This document shows, one piece after another, positions 19,767 to 28,230 of a stretch of 64,000 bases of DNA; the stretch's first letter is position 1, and each line of letters opens with the position of its first letter. The DNA lies in the NCBI GenBank assembly GCA_049516875.1, contig JBEKSS010000009.1, positions 1 to 64,000 of the forward strand, read 5' to 3'. A program made the translations under genes and the position numbers. The notes beneath the pieces were generated by a model. That model searched no databases, was not told the origin of the DNA, and saw only the letters and a list, made by a program, of their open reading frames with translations. Source of the stretch: Candidatus Bathyarchaeia archaeon. GTDB taxonomy: Archaea; Thermoproteota; Bathyarchaeia; Bathyarchaeales; Bathycorpusculaceae.

Positions 19767-21431
19767 CTATCTTCCATTTACTTTTGATGTATGTTTCCTT
19801 TTGTCTACTAAGATTACCAATAGTGCTGCTATCATGAATGATGGTAGAATAAGAAACGATGGAAACTCCGGGATTTGAGTGCTTACAGTGATTGCCTGGA
19901 TCGCCGTGTTGTTACTTGTCACTCCATAATCGTCCATAACCGTGAGGTTTGCATAGTAAGTTCCTGCAGAACCATATTGATGCAAAACTTCAGGCAGCGT
20001 TGTCCAACTGCTGTTGGTTCCATCACCAAAATCGAAGAAATAGGAATCTATTCGACCATCGCTGGTCGAGTAAATGGCACTGTATGTCACGGTTTCATTT
20101 ATGCCGAGAGTTATCTCGTTAGCTGAAAGCGCAGCAACTGGACGTTGACGAATCTGTCCCTGCGGTGAAGTCAGAAAAGGAATGAAGTCCAAGTCCACTC
20201 CATTTCCATTAACAGGGTTGCCTTTTCCTTCTGGATTAACGGATAACTGATATGGTCCTGTTGAGTCGCCCCAATAATTATATTCAGCGTTCACAGTTGC
20301 CCCTTGAGTCACATTCATTCCATAAGTGTTCGAATAAATGTCATTGCGGGTGGCAAGATTGCGAGTTGTGCTTTGATACAGAACTCCGCATTGACTATAC
20401 AGGACAGAATTCTCAGTAATGTTCGACTGAGAATTCCAAAAATACATTCCTATTTGGTTGCCAGCAATTCTGTTGTTTGATGCTGTCACGTCGGGCGGCG
20501 ACAAAGGTCCCCCGTGAACGTATATTCCGTTTTGCGCGTTAGACGAGACGGTGTTAGAAGAAAAAGTCACATTATAGATATAGCGCATATAGCCCCAACC
20601 TCCTGCGCCAGGGACGTATCCGTTCAAGTATATTCCGTTTTGCGCGTTAGACGAGACGGTGTTAGAAGAAAAAGTCACATTATAAATACCGGAGTACCCC
20701 CAAACGCCGTTTGAAGTAGAGGCGTATATGTATATTCCGTTTTGCGCGTTAGACGAGACGGTGTTAGAAGAAAAAGTCACATTATAAATAGAGTACTCTA
20801 AAGCGTATAAGTATATTCCGTTTTGCGTGTTAGACGAAATAATGTTTCCTCCAATTACTATACCTGCATGATCGTGAGAGTCAGTTGCAATCCCATTCTG
20901 ATTGTAGCGAATTGTATTCTCTTCAATGGCTACGTTGCTTATGCCATTAATCATTATCCCACTTCGGGAGCAGTTGAAGAGTTCGCTTCTCGCAATTGTC
21001 GCATATCCTTGGCTTTCGATGGTTATCCCGTTGACTGCAAACTCTATGGTGGCGTGGTCAAGGGTGAAAGAGCAGTTTGAAGCTCCGTTGAAATCTATGG
21101 TATTCCACGCACCAGCGCTTGGATTAGCACGACTGGATGTGAACACTATTGGGTTAGCATCGGTTCCAGTTGCATTCAAGCTTCCTTGAACAATGAGTGA
21201 AAAGCCATCAGCTATCTGGACGTTCACACCTGGAAGTATGGTCAACGTCACGCCCGAGTCAACATATGTATTATTAATCATACGATACGTGTCTACAGGA
21301 GTCCAAGTAGTATCAGAAGTTATGTTTCCTCCAATCCAGATAATAGCATTTGCTGGTGCGACGTGATAGAAAGTAATGGTCATTAAAACTATGAAAACGG
21401 TAACAATCAAGATGGCAGATTTCTGGGTCAT
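19767..21431 (-). CDS. Surface protein: right-handed beta-helix repeats, PKD domain, PEF-CTERM-like anchor
   Basis: Signal peptide; NxxNGIY rungs; YFFDFGDG..HQYGSAGTY.ANLTV.DD (PKD); IPEFPS plus TM plus basic tail. Confidence 0.9.
   Translation of the reverse strand: MTQKSAILIVTVFIVLMTITFYHVAPANAIIWIGGNITSDTTWTPVDTYRMINNTYVDSGVTLTILPGVNVQIADGFSLIVQGSLNATGTDANPIVFTSSRANPSAGAWNTIDFNGASNCSFTLDHATIEFAVNGITIESQGYATIARSELFNCSRSGIMINGISNVAIEENTIRYNQNGIATDSHDHAGIVIGGNIISSNTQNGIYLYALEYSIYNVTFSSNTVSSNAQNGIYIYASTSNGVWGYSGIYNVTFSSNTVSSNAQNGIYLNGYVPGAGGWGYMRYIYNVTFSSNTVSSNAQNGIYVHGGPLSPPDVTASNNRIAGNQIGMYFWNSQSNITENSVLYSQCGVLYQSTTRNLATRNDIYSNTYGMNVTQGATVNAEYNYWGDSTGPYQLSVNPEGKGNPVNGNGVDLDFIPFLTSPQGQIRQRPVAALSANEITLGINETVTYSAIYSTSDGRIDSYFFDFGDGTNSSWTTLPEVLHQYGSAGTYYANLTVMDDYGVTSNNTAIQAITVSTQIPEFPSFLILPSFMIAALLVILVDKRKHTSKVNGR
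20520..20837 (-). repeat. Intragenic array: three identical 57-bp repeats plus one partial copy, separated by unique in-frame spacers
   Basis: GTATATTCCGTTTTGCGCGTTAGACGAGACGGTGTTAGAAGAAAAAGTCACATTATA at 20520, 20628 and 20730; partial copy at 20811; spacers 51, 45 and 24 bp. Confidence 0.95.
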
Positions 21432-21437
21432 CTCAGG

Positions 21438-24400
21438 TCACTTCTTTGTTTTCCAGCGCGAAGTCCTGTACTTTCGATAGTAGACTGCGAATAGAGTACA
21501 CGCAATTATCAAAGCGACAGCGGTGCCGACCCACCAGATGTTGATTCCCTCGGGCGTTTCTTGTATGGATGGTGCGTTTCCAGCAAGTTGGAGTGTGTAT
21601 TCCTTCAGCTGACCTGTTTCGATTTCCCCGTTCACTGTTGATGGTGAACCGATCAATTGTCCTTGATCGTAGCGCTCAACAGTCAATGTGTAGTTCCCTA
21701 TTGCAGTGCCTGAGAGCATAATCGTATACGGACCGTTGTCTGGGTCGGGTATCATTATTACTTGTGGCTCCGTTGCGTTTCCAGAATAGAACACGCCATT
21801 CAGTTCATTCACTGTTTTTCCAGTCGTCCAGTCATATCCTACTCTTGAGCCATTTGAGGCTCTGATCAACATGTTAACTGGACAATTAGCTTCGGTCCCT
21901 AAGAAGCTCTCAACTGTCTTGGGCGCAAGCTCCCATACCGCTTGCATCAGTTCGTTCATGTGAGCGGATAAAAGATTCCAATCTACTGCAGTACGCTCGC
22001 CGGTGCCAATATTGGTCAAGCCATATTCAGACACGAGGTCCCCTGAGTTGTTTGTACGTGTTAGAGCAAAGTTGCCATTTTGACCTTTTGACAATGTAAT
22101 GTAGCAGGTTGTGCCGCTGTGGTTTGGGTCATAGATGTACAGGGTTAGTTGGTTTCCGTTCAATTTGTAGTCGTAAACAATTACTGAGTGCATGAAGAAT
22201 GGATTGTTTTGTAGCGCTGTCAAGTAGAGTTGAACCGGTCGGTAGTTATCACATTCACTCATTATCCATTGAGCTTCATCATTTAAGGAATTAAGCCCGA
22301 GGTATGTGAGTGCAAGGTTAAACAAATGGGGCTGCATGATCTCTTGACCTGGAAACTGGTTGACTAATATTTCAGGTGAGGCTGCGGTTTCACTGACGCC
22401 ATACATATCTCCAGAACCAGAATACTTTGAAGCAAAGGATGAAGGATTCTCATAATAGTATTTTGCCGTGTAGCACATGCCGAAACAGTTGCCAAACTGC
22501 AGCTGGTTGACGTCAACCGCAAACATGGCTATTAAGGGTCGCGCTTCAACTGGGATGGACGATGACCAAGCGCAAGAACTCAGAGCGTTGCTGGCATCTG
22601 AGAAACTCACAGTTTCTTTTGGAATGGTGTTGTCGAAGTGATAACCGTTGACGGTTGGAGAGAAGCGGGTGGAAGAAGGAGCTGATGAAACCAGCGTGGT
22701 CGTGATCGTTTCGCTTGCTCCATTGTGCTGGTCGACCTTCACGTTGTCTTCCTCTCCGATTTGTGATGAAGAGTACGTTACTTCCAGCTTGTAGTGTTCA
22801 GCGGTTATCGTGGTTGGCCACAAGAGAAAACTTGCTTTCCCCGTGCCATCGGTTACGGCTGAGCTTCGTTGGTCATAACGTTGGTGGTATCCATCCCAGC
22901 TGAACACTTCTATTGTGACGCCGGATAACGGGGTAGCTCCGTCACTGTAGTAGGTAGTTACCGTTAGGGTCTGTTTGGACCAAGAGGTTTGAATTGTGCA
23001 AGACGCGATCTGGCCCGTTTGAACGTGCACGTTGCTTGCTGCACCAATGAACATGTCATCAGCGTATGCTTCGACGCTGTAGGTCCCGGGTGACAGAGAG
23101 CTGAAAGTGTAAGTATTGAGCAAGGGGGTGGCGCGATTTATCTCCTGGTAAGATGAGTTGTATAGGATCAAGGTTTCTGGAGTGAGAGCATTCCCAGAGG
23201 AGTCAAGGATTGTGATCGAGATGGAACCCGAACTCAGGCTTGAAGGAGCAAGCGTTGTGGTCATTGTTTCCTGTCCTCCGTTGTATTGGTCGACTTTGAC
23301 ATTGTCATTTTCGCCGATGGTGCCTGATAGAAGGTATTCAACCTTGATCTGGTAATGTTCAGCTGCGATAGTAGTGGGCCATAGAAGAAAACTTGCTTTC
23401 CCAGTGGTGTCTGTCAGCTGGGTTAGCCGGAGGTTATAGATTTGATTGTGCCCGTCCCAACTGAAAACTTGGACTGATGCTCCTGGCAACACTGTTGCGC
23501 CATCATTATAGCAAACGGTGACAGTGAATGTCTTCTTTGACCATGAGGCTTGGATAGTTTGAGAAGTAGTTTGACCCGCTGAAACAATAATATTGCCTGC
23601 TGCACCGAAGAACATGTCATCAGCGTATGCGTCGACGTTGTAGGTCCCGGGTGACAGAGAGTCAAAAGTGTAGGTGTTGAGAAGGGGGTGTGCTCTGCTT
23701 ACTTCTTTGTAGGAGGAATTGTATAGAATCAGAGTGTCAGGAGTTAGAGAGCTACCATCATGATTCAGGGTTGTCACGGATATGGAGCCATAGCCCGAAG
23801 TTGCCAACGTCGTTGTTATTGTTGCACTTCCGCCGTTGTATTTGTCCACTTTTACATTATCTTCCTCTCCGATATTTCCGGACAGCAAATAGGAAACCTC
23901 CAGCCTATAATGCTCTGCAGCAATCGTAGTCGGCCACAGATCAAAACTGGCCATTCCATTAAGGTCTGTCACAGAAAATGTTCTCAGGTTGTACTGCTTA
24001 TGATAACCATCCCAGCTGTAAACTTCAACAGTTGCACCCGGCAGAATTGTTAAGCCGTCGCTGTAACATACGGTCACAGTCAACGTCTTTTTTGACCATG
24101 AGGCTTGGATAGTTTGAGAAGTAGTTTGACCCGCTTGGACAGCAACGTTTCCTGCGGCTCCTATGAACATGTCATCAATGTAGACTTCGACGTTGTAAGT
24201 TCCAGCCGAGAGAAAGTTGAAAGTGTAGAAGTTGAGTAGAGGTGTTACCCGGCTTATCTCCGTATAAGATGAGTCGTACAAAATTATCGTTTCAGGATGC
24301 AGAGGCAAACCAGAAGAATCTAAAACCACTACATAAAGAGAGCCCGTAGAATCAGAGAGATCGAATCCTCCGAGAAGGCTTGAAGTAGATTCGTTTGAGT

Positions 24401-24491
24401 TTGGATATGCAAAAGCCTTTCCCAGCAACTGCGAGCAGCACGGTAAAGAAATCAGCATGACCAATAGACAGACAAGCATTTTTTTCGGCAT
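21438..24491 (-). CDS. Large surface protein: three ~190-aa Ig/carboxypeptidase-regulatory-like repeats, putative papain-like domain, C-terminal TM
   Basis: Repeated LxPETLILY..LSxGTY.V..DDMF.GAA..WPTTI.AEHY units; GNCFGM, HSVIVY and YDPN; start may be as far up as 24572. Confidence 0.85.
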   Translation of the reverse strand: MPKKMLVCLLVMLISLPCCSQLLGKAFAYPNSNESTSSLLGGFDLSDSTGSLYVVVLDSSGLPLHPETIILYDSSYTEISRVTPLLNFYTFNFLSAGTYNVEVYIDDMFIGAAGNVAVQAGQTTSQTIQASWSKKTLTVTVCYSDGLTILPGATVEVYSWDGYHKQYNLRTFSVTDLNGMASFDLWPTTIAAEHYRLEVSYLLSGNIGEEDNVKVDKYNGGSATITTTLATSGYGSISVTTLNHDGSSLTPDTLILYNSSYKEVSRAHPLLNTYTFDSLSPGTYNVDAYADDMFFGAAGNIIVSAGQTTSQTIQASWSKKTFTVTVCYNDGATVLPGASVQVFSWDGHNQIYNLRLTQLTDTTGKASFLLWPTTIAAEHYQIKVEYLLSGTIGENDNVKVDQYNGGQETMTTTLAPSSLSSGSISITILDSSGNALTPETLILYNSSYQEINRATPLLNTYTFSSLSPGTYSVEAYADDMFIGAASNVHVQTGQIASCTIQTSWSKQTLTVTTYYSDGATPLSGVTIEVFSWDGYHQRYDQRSSAVTDGTGKASFLLWPTTITAEHYKLEVTYSSSQIGEEDNVKVDQHNGASETITTTLVSSAPSSTRFSPTVNGYHFDNTIPKETVSFSDASNALSSCAWSSSIPVEARPLIAMFAVDVNQLQFGNCFGMCYTAKYYYENPSSFASKYSGSGDMYGVSETAASPEILVNQFPGQEIMQPHLFNLALTYLGLNSLNDEAQWIMSECDNYRPVQLYLTALQNNPFFMHSVIVYDYKLNGNQLTLYIYDPNHSGTTCYITLSKGQNGNFALTRTNNSGDLVSEYGLTNIGTGERTAVDWNLLSAHMNELMQAVWELAPKTVESFLGTEANCPVNMLIRASNGSRVGYDWTTGKTVNELNGVFYSGNATEPQVIMIPDPDNGPYTIMLSGTAIGNYTLTVERYDQGQLIGSPSTVNGEIETGQLKEYTLQLAGNAPSIQETPEGINIWWVGTAVALIIACTLFAVYYRKYRTSRWKTKK

Positions 24492-24810
24492 TTTTTTTGA
24501 GAAAGCAACAAAATTAGAACCTATAGATTCCACCTGAGAACACCTTCCCCCAGTTTTCAAATAACCATCCAATTAGGAACAGCCAACAAGATGCTTATCT
24601 GTTTTTTGAAACAAAGTTCCATCACTGGACAGTAATTCGTGCCAAATAAAGGACAAATAGGAGAAAAGAGAAGGACACAAATACCTAAATGGCGAGAGTC
24701 TGATTAGCGCGCGCCAAAGGCTACGCCCGCGCTATTTGAAACATGATTTTGAACGTAAATACGTAAATACCGAAGGCCTGAAGGTTGTGTGCGAGTTGGG
24801 AGTGGAGGAT

Positions 24811-24984
24811 TTGCGTGAGTGCCAGAACCTAAAAATCAACCTGGAAAAGTGCCCTTGCACTTACAACTGTAATCTAAAGGGTAAATGCTGTGAGTGTTTG
24901 AGAAGTCACAGAGATTTCTTGACATCGTTGATCACACCGCTGATACCGTTTTCAGATGAACTTAGCGTACGCTCCACTTTATAA
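24811..24984 (+). pseudogene. DUF6485-like Cys-rich small protein, apparently truncated
   Basis: GGAGG plus TTG; ECQNLKINLEKCPCTYNC..KGKCCECLRSH, after which the resemblance stops. Confidence 0.5.
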
Positions 24985-24996
24985 GGCGAAGGGCAA

Positions 24997-26319
24997 ATGA
25001 CAGATCACACAGCAGGTGACGTGATGACTGTCGATGAGCGAAATCGGAGAATTTTGGATGAACTATTCCGGGTTATCAAGAAACGTGAGGCAACCTATGG
25101 AGAGGCTGTGGTAAGTCTTGCCCTTTCAAAGAATGAAAAAGGCGAGGGCAGACTCTGTTTTGGCCAAATAAGGTTCCTCGGAAAAGACGCTCGCGCCAAG
25201 GGAATGCAATACGATTATGGAAACTTTGACCTTATCAGGAAATCTACAGAAGTGAAAGAAGTTCTGGATATTATGAGTTCTATCTTTGAGAAACAAGCCC
25301 TGAAGATTGACGATTGGCCCGAAATCCCCCTCAAGATACAAATGACTGAAACAAGATTTCTTCAAAGCCGAAGCCGTTATGGATACGCATCAGATGAATG
25401 GCCAACGCTATATGCATACGGTATGATTGATGATACAACAAAAGGAACTTTCCCCCAAGGTTCATTGTCAAGGCTTGGATTGCCGTTATTTCCGAATAGT
25501 ACAGAGGCAACAAACGTCTTTTTTGAACTGAACCTGCCAAAAGACTGGTATACTCTGGACAATCGCTTCAGTCTGTTCTTGCCAGACTACCGGGCCAGAA
25601 TCAAGAACCTAAGGCTAACAGGAAAAGAAACGACCATAGAAGTGGAAAACAAAGAAATAGCTGAAACAAACTTGCGAGCGAAATTCTTCTGCAGGACCGA
25701 AAAAAGGAGTTACTGTTCCGACGATGTCCCTCTTGAGAATGGGTGTGCAAGCTTTTCAAGCGATGAAGAGCCATTCTCAGTCGAAGCCCACATCATCTCG
25801 ACCTTAGAAGGCGACAGCATTGACAGTAGGAATTTCGATTATCGCTATACCTCGCAGCAAGAAGGAGTGGTGATAGAAAACAGCGACGCACAACTATTTG
25901 ACATGATTAGCAGGGGAGAGAACGAAACCGTAGAATTCAAAAGGGAACTCGATGCAAAGAAGCAGGCGCTTGAGCTGTTGAAGTCAATAGTTGCGTTTGC
26001 CAACACATCTGGTGGAACGGTTTTTATCGGAATAGATGACAATTGCCGAATCACGGGTTTCAAGGAGAACGTCGATGCCAAAATTGTGGACATGATTGCA
26101 GCTCGTTGCGATCCATCAATCAAGGTCCAAATTCGGCAACAAGAACTCAACAAGTTACCTATCACTATCATTGACGTTGTAGAAGGAACGAACAAACCAT
26201 ACGTTCTGAGCAACAGTGGACTATTTGTCAGAAGAGGGGCTTCAGACAGGCAAATCAAAAGAGCAGAGTTGGATGAGATCTACCGCAAAAAAGAACAACA
26301 GACACCTTTCTCGCGTTAA
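24997..26319 (+). CDS. Protein with C-terminal Schlafen/AlbA_2 domain
   Basis: GENETVEFKRE, IVAFANTSGGTVFIGIDD, KPY....FVRRGASDR; ~300-aa N-terminal domain not recognised. Confidence 0.9.
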   Translation: MTDHTAGDVMTVDERNRRILDELFRVIKKREATYGEAVVSLALSKNEKGEGRLCFGQIRFLGKDARAKGMQYDYGNFDLIRKSTEVKEVLDIMSSIFEKQALKIDDWPEIPLKIQMTETRFLQSRSRYGYASDEWPTLYAYGMIDDTTKGTFPQGSLSRLGLPLFPNSTEATNVFFELNLPKDWYTLDNRFSLFLPDYRARIKNLRLTGKETTIEVENKEIAETNLRAKFFCRTEKRSYCSDDVPLENGCASFSSDEEPFSVEAHIISTLEGDSIDSRNFDYRYTSQQEGVVIENSDAQLFDMISRGENETVEFKRELDAKKQALELLKSIVAFANTSGGTVFIGIDDNCRITGFKENVDAKIVDMIAARCDPSIKVQIRQQELNKLPITIIDVVEGTNKPYVLSNSGLFVRRGASDRQIKRAELDEIYRKKEQQTPFSR

Positions 26320-26371
26320 TTTAGAAATGCCCGCTGAAGTCTCGCAAACTGTCTGAAAGAGATGCTCATCC

Positions 26372-26974
26372 ATGAACATTGCTTTCCTCGGATGGGGATC
26401 ACTTGTATGGGATCCACGCAACCTGAGGACGGGTGGGACTTGGAGAAATGATGGTCCGGAATTGCCGATCGAATTTGCTCGAGTTTCGAAAGATGGAAGA
26501 CTTACACTTGTAATCTGTAGCGGAGCACGAAAAGTAAAGACATTGTGGACACCCGCTGATTGCAGCACTTTAGATGAAGCAGTTAGAAATCTTGCTTGCC
26601 GCGAAGACACTGTTAGCGAGAACATAGGATTCATCTCTGTTCCCGACAGAAGGAAAAAAGGCCGTCTGAAGGATTCGGTCCTCAGGATAGAAGCGTGGGC
26701 AAAGGAAAAGGGACTGGATGCGGTGGTATGGACAGACCTAAAACCGAAGTTCAAAGAAATATGCAAAACCGAGTTAACATCTGAAAACGCTATTGCGTAT
26801 TTAAGAAAGCTCGATGACAACTCTCGAAAAAAAGCTGAGATGTATGTCCGCAACACTCCTCAACAAATAAATACTAAAATAAGAGAATCCTTGGAAAAAG
26901 AACTTGGATGGACCTGCACCGACGATAATGCCAGAATCCAACGCTGGTCCGATATTAGGGAGCGCGCGCGCTGA
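26372..26974 (+). CDS. Hypothetical protein, possible gamma-glutamylcyclotransferase-like fold
   Basis: N-terminal IAFLGWGSLVW, GPELPIEFARVS.DGRLTLV, DAVVWTDL. Confidence 0.7.
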   Translation: MNIAFLGWGSLVWDPRNLRTGGTWRNDGPELPIEFARVSKDGRLTLVICSGARKVKTLWTPADCSTLDEAVRNLACREDTVSENIGFISVPDRRKKGRLKDSVLRIEAWAKEKGLDAVVWTDLKPKFKEICKTELTSENAIAYLRKLDDNSRKKAEMYVRNTPQQINTKIRESLEKELGWTCTDDNARIQRWSDIRERAR

Positions 26975-27119
26975 TTACTTCACGAGCAGTCCATGGAGAA
27001 CTGGACCAAAGATTGGGGGACTTGATGCTCTTCCAGAAGTTGAACTTGCAAAAGAAGTGTTGACGGTTGAACAGCGCGCTGCTGAGAAAGTATGAGAGCA
27101 TTCAGTTTCTGTGATAGGC

Positions 27120-27548
27120 TTAAGGGGCTTCAGTTTCCAGTTGGGCAATTCGTTTTCTATACTCGGCAAGCGGCCATTCGTAGTCTTCAACGACTAAATG
27201 TCCATCTTCTATATGTGAAGAAAAAACCGCGATTTGAGGTGCCTCTTCCAGTTTCTTCTTCATGATCTTGGGTGCATAGAGGACAAACTTGTAGTTATCT
27301 CTAACAAAACGATTGTCCTCTTCGATGATGTGCCCCAAGCCGTTTTGCCTAAGGTGGTGACGATATTTTTCCAGCGCTATATTCTTGGCTGATACTGAGT
27401 CCCACATCTGAGAGAAAAGGCTGATAATGAAGAGTACGAAGGATACCACAAGCAGTGCCAGGTTCAATGAATCTAATGCAAGGTAATTCCACAAGAAAAT
27501 AATGAGAACTTGAAACGTGCCAATGAGTAACGCAACAACTCTGAACAC
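27120..27548 (-). CDS. 2-TM membrane protein
   Basis: GGAG plus GTG; two N-terminal hydrophobic helices and a soluble tail. Confidence 0.65.
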   Translation of the reverse strand: MFRVVALLIGTFQVLIIFLWNYLALDSLNLALLVVSFVLFIISLFSQMWDSVSAKNIALEKYRHHLRQNGLGHIIEEDNRFVRDNYKFVLYAPKIMKKKLEEAPQIAVFSSHIEDGHLVVEDYEWPLAEYRKRIAQLETEAP

Positions 27549-27833
27549 ACGCTCCTAATACTAGGGAAGAATCGTTCTGAACAATATGGATACGTCCAAC
27601 TTTGTCTGCGCATCAAAGGTCGGAAAAAAGAGAAAAAAGAGAAAGTCCTGTTCACTTGAAGCTAGACGCAAAGATCATCTGATAAATCCTGAAAAGTGCT
27701 TATTAGTGAGACAGCAAGATAGGCTTGCGCGCGCGGATTGCGATTTGAGAGCACTAGGATTCGTCACGACGAAGATAACACATATTTCGTGGCCTTCTCA
27801 CGAAAATAGCGTGAAAAAAGCTTTAGAAAGAGG

Positions 27834-27950
27834 TGGTGCGGGGGGTGGGATTTGAACCCACGAACCTCTACAGGATAGGCTCCTGAAGCTTTCGCGCCTC
27901 TTTTTTGTTTTTTTGGCTCTACGCCTTTGGCCAAGCTTGGCGACCCCCGC
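27834..27950 (-). tRNA. tRNA-Leu(CAG) with a 29-nt non-canonical intron at 29/30 (27890-27918) and encoded CCA
   Basis: GCGGGGG/CCCCCGC acceptor stem, GGGTTCAAATCCC T-arm, long variable arm; removing the intron restores the TAGGC/GCCTA stem around TT-CAG-GA. Confidence 0.92.
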
Positions 27951-28230
27951 CTGGCATGTTATTGGTGCATGTGAAAAGGTTTAAGAGTTACTATAAGCTT
28001 TGCATAGGACAGGTGATTTGATTTGCCAACTCACGGTTCACTTTCAAAGGCTGGGAAAGTCAGATCTCAGACTCCCAAGATACAGTCCACTCCCAAGAGA
28101 AGCCCGACTCCAAGGTATCGCAACAGACGCAACTTCGAGAAACGCGTGATTCTCCAGAGAAAACCCGGACAAAACTGGGTCTAACCAACTTCTCAAACCT
28201 TAATTTATCGTTCGGCAATAATCACTGGTT

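Larger units (their letters stand above)
19631..27850. mobile_element. ~8.2-kb integrative island at tRNA-Leu(CAG), no intact integrase
   Basis: Bounded by 17-bp direct repeats of the tRNA 3' end; cargo of surface proteins, Schlafen-like protein and hypotheticals. Confidence 0.75.

Noticed and set aside
20520-20837. True CRISPR array
   Set aside because: The 57-bp repeat is long, spacers are irregular and all in-frame within an intact CDS, and there are no cas genes or leader; kept as an intragenic repeat finding.
28060-28120. ACTCC(C)AAG short repeats upstream of the tRNA
   Set aside because: Only 9-10 bp with irregular spacing; not distinguishable from background.
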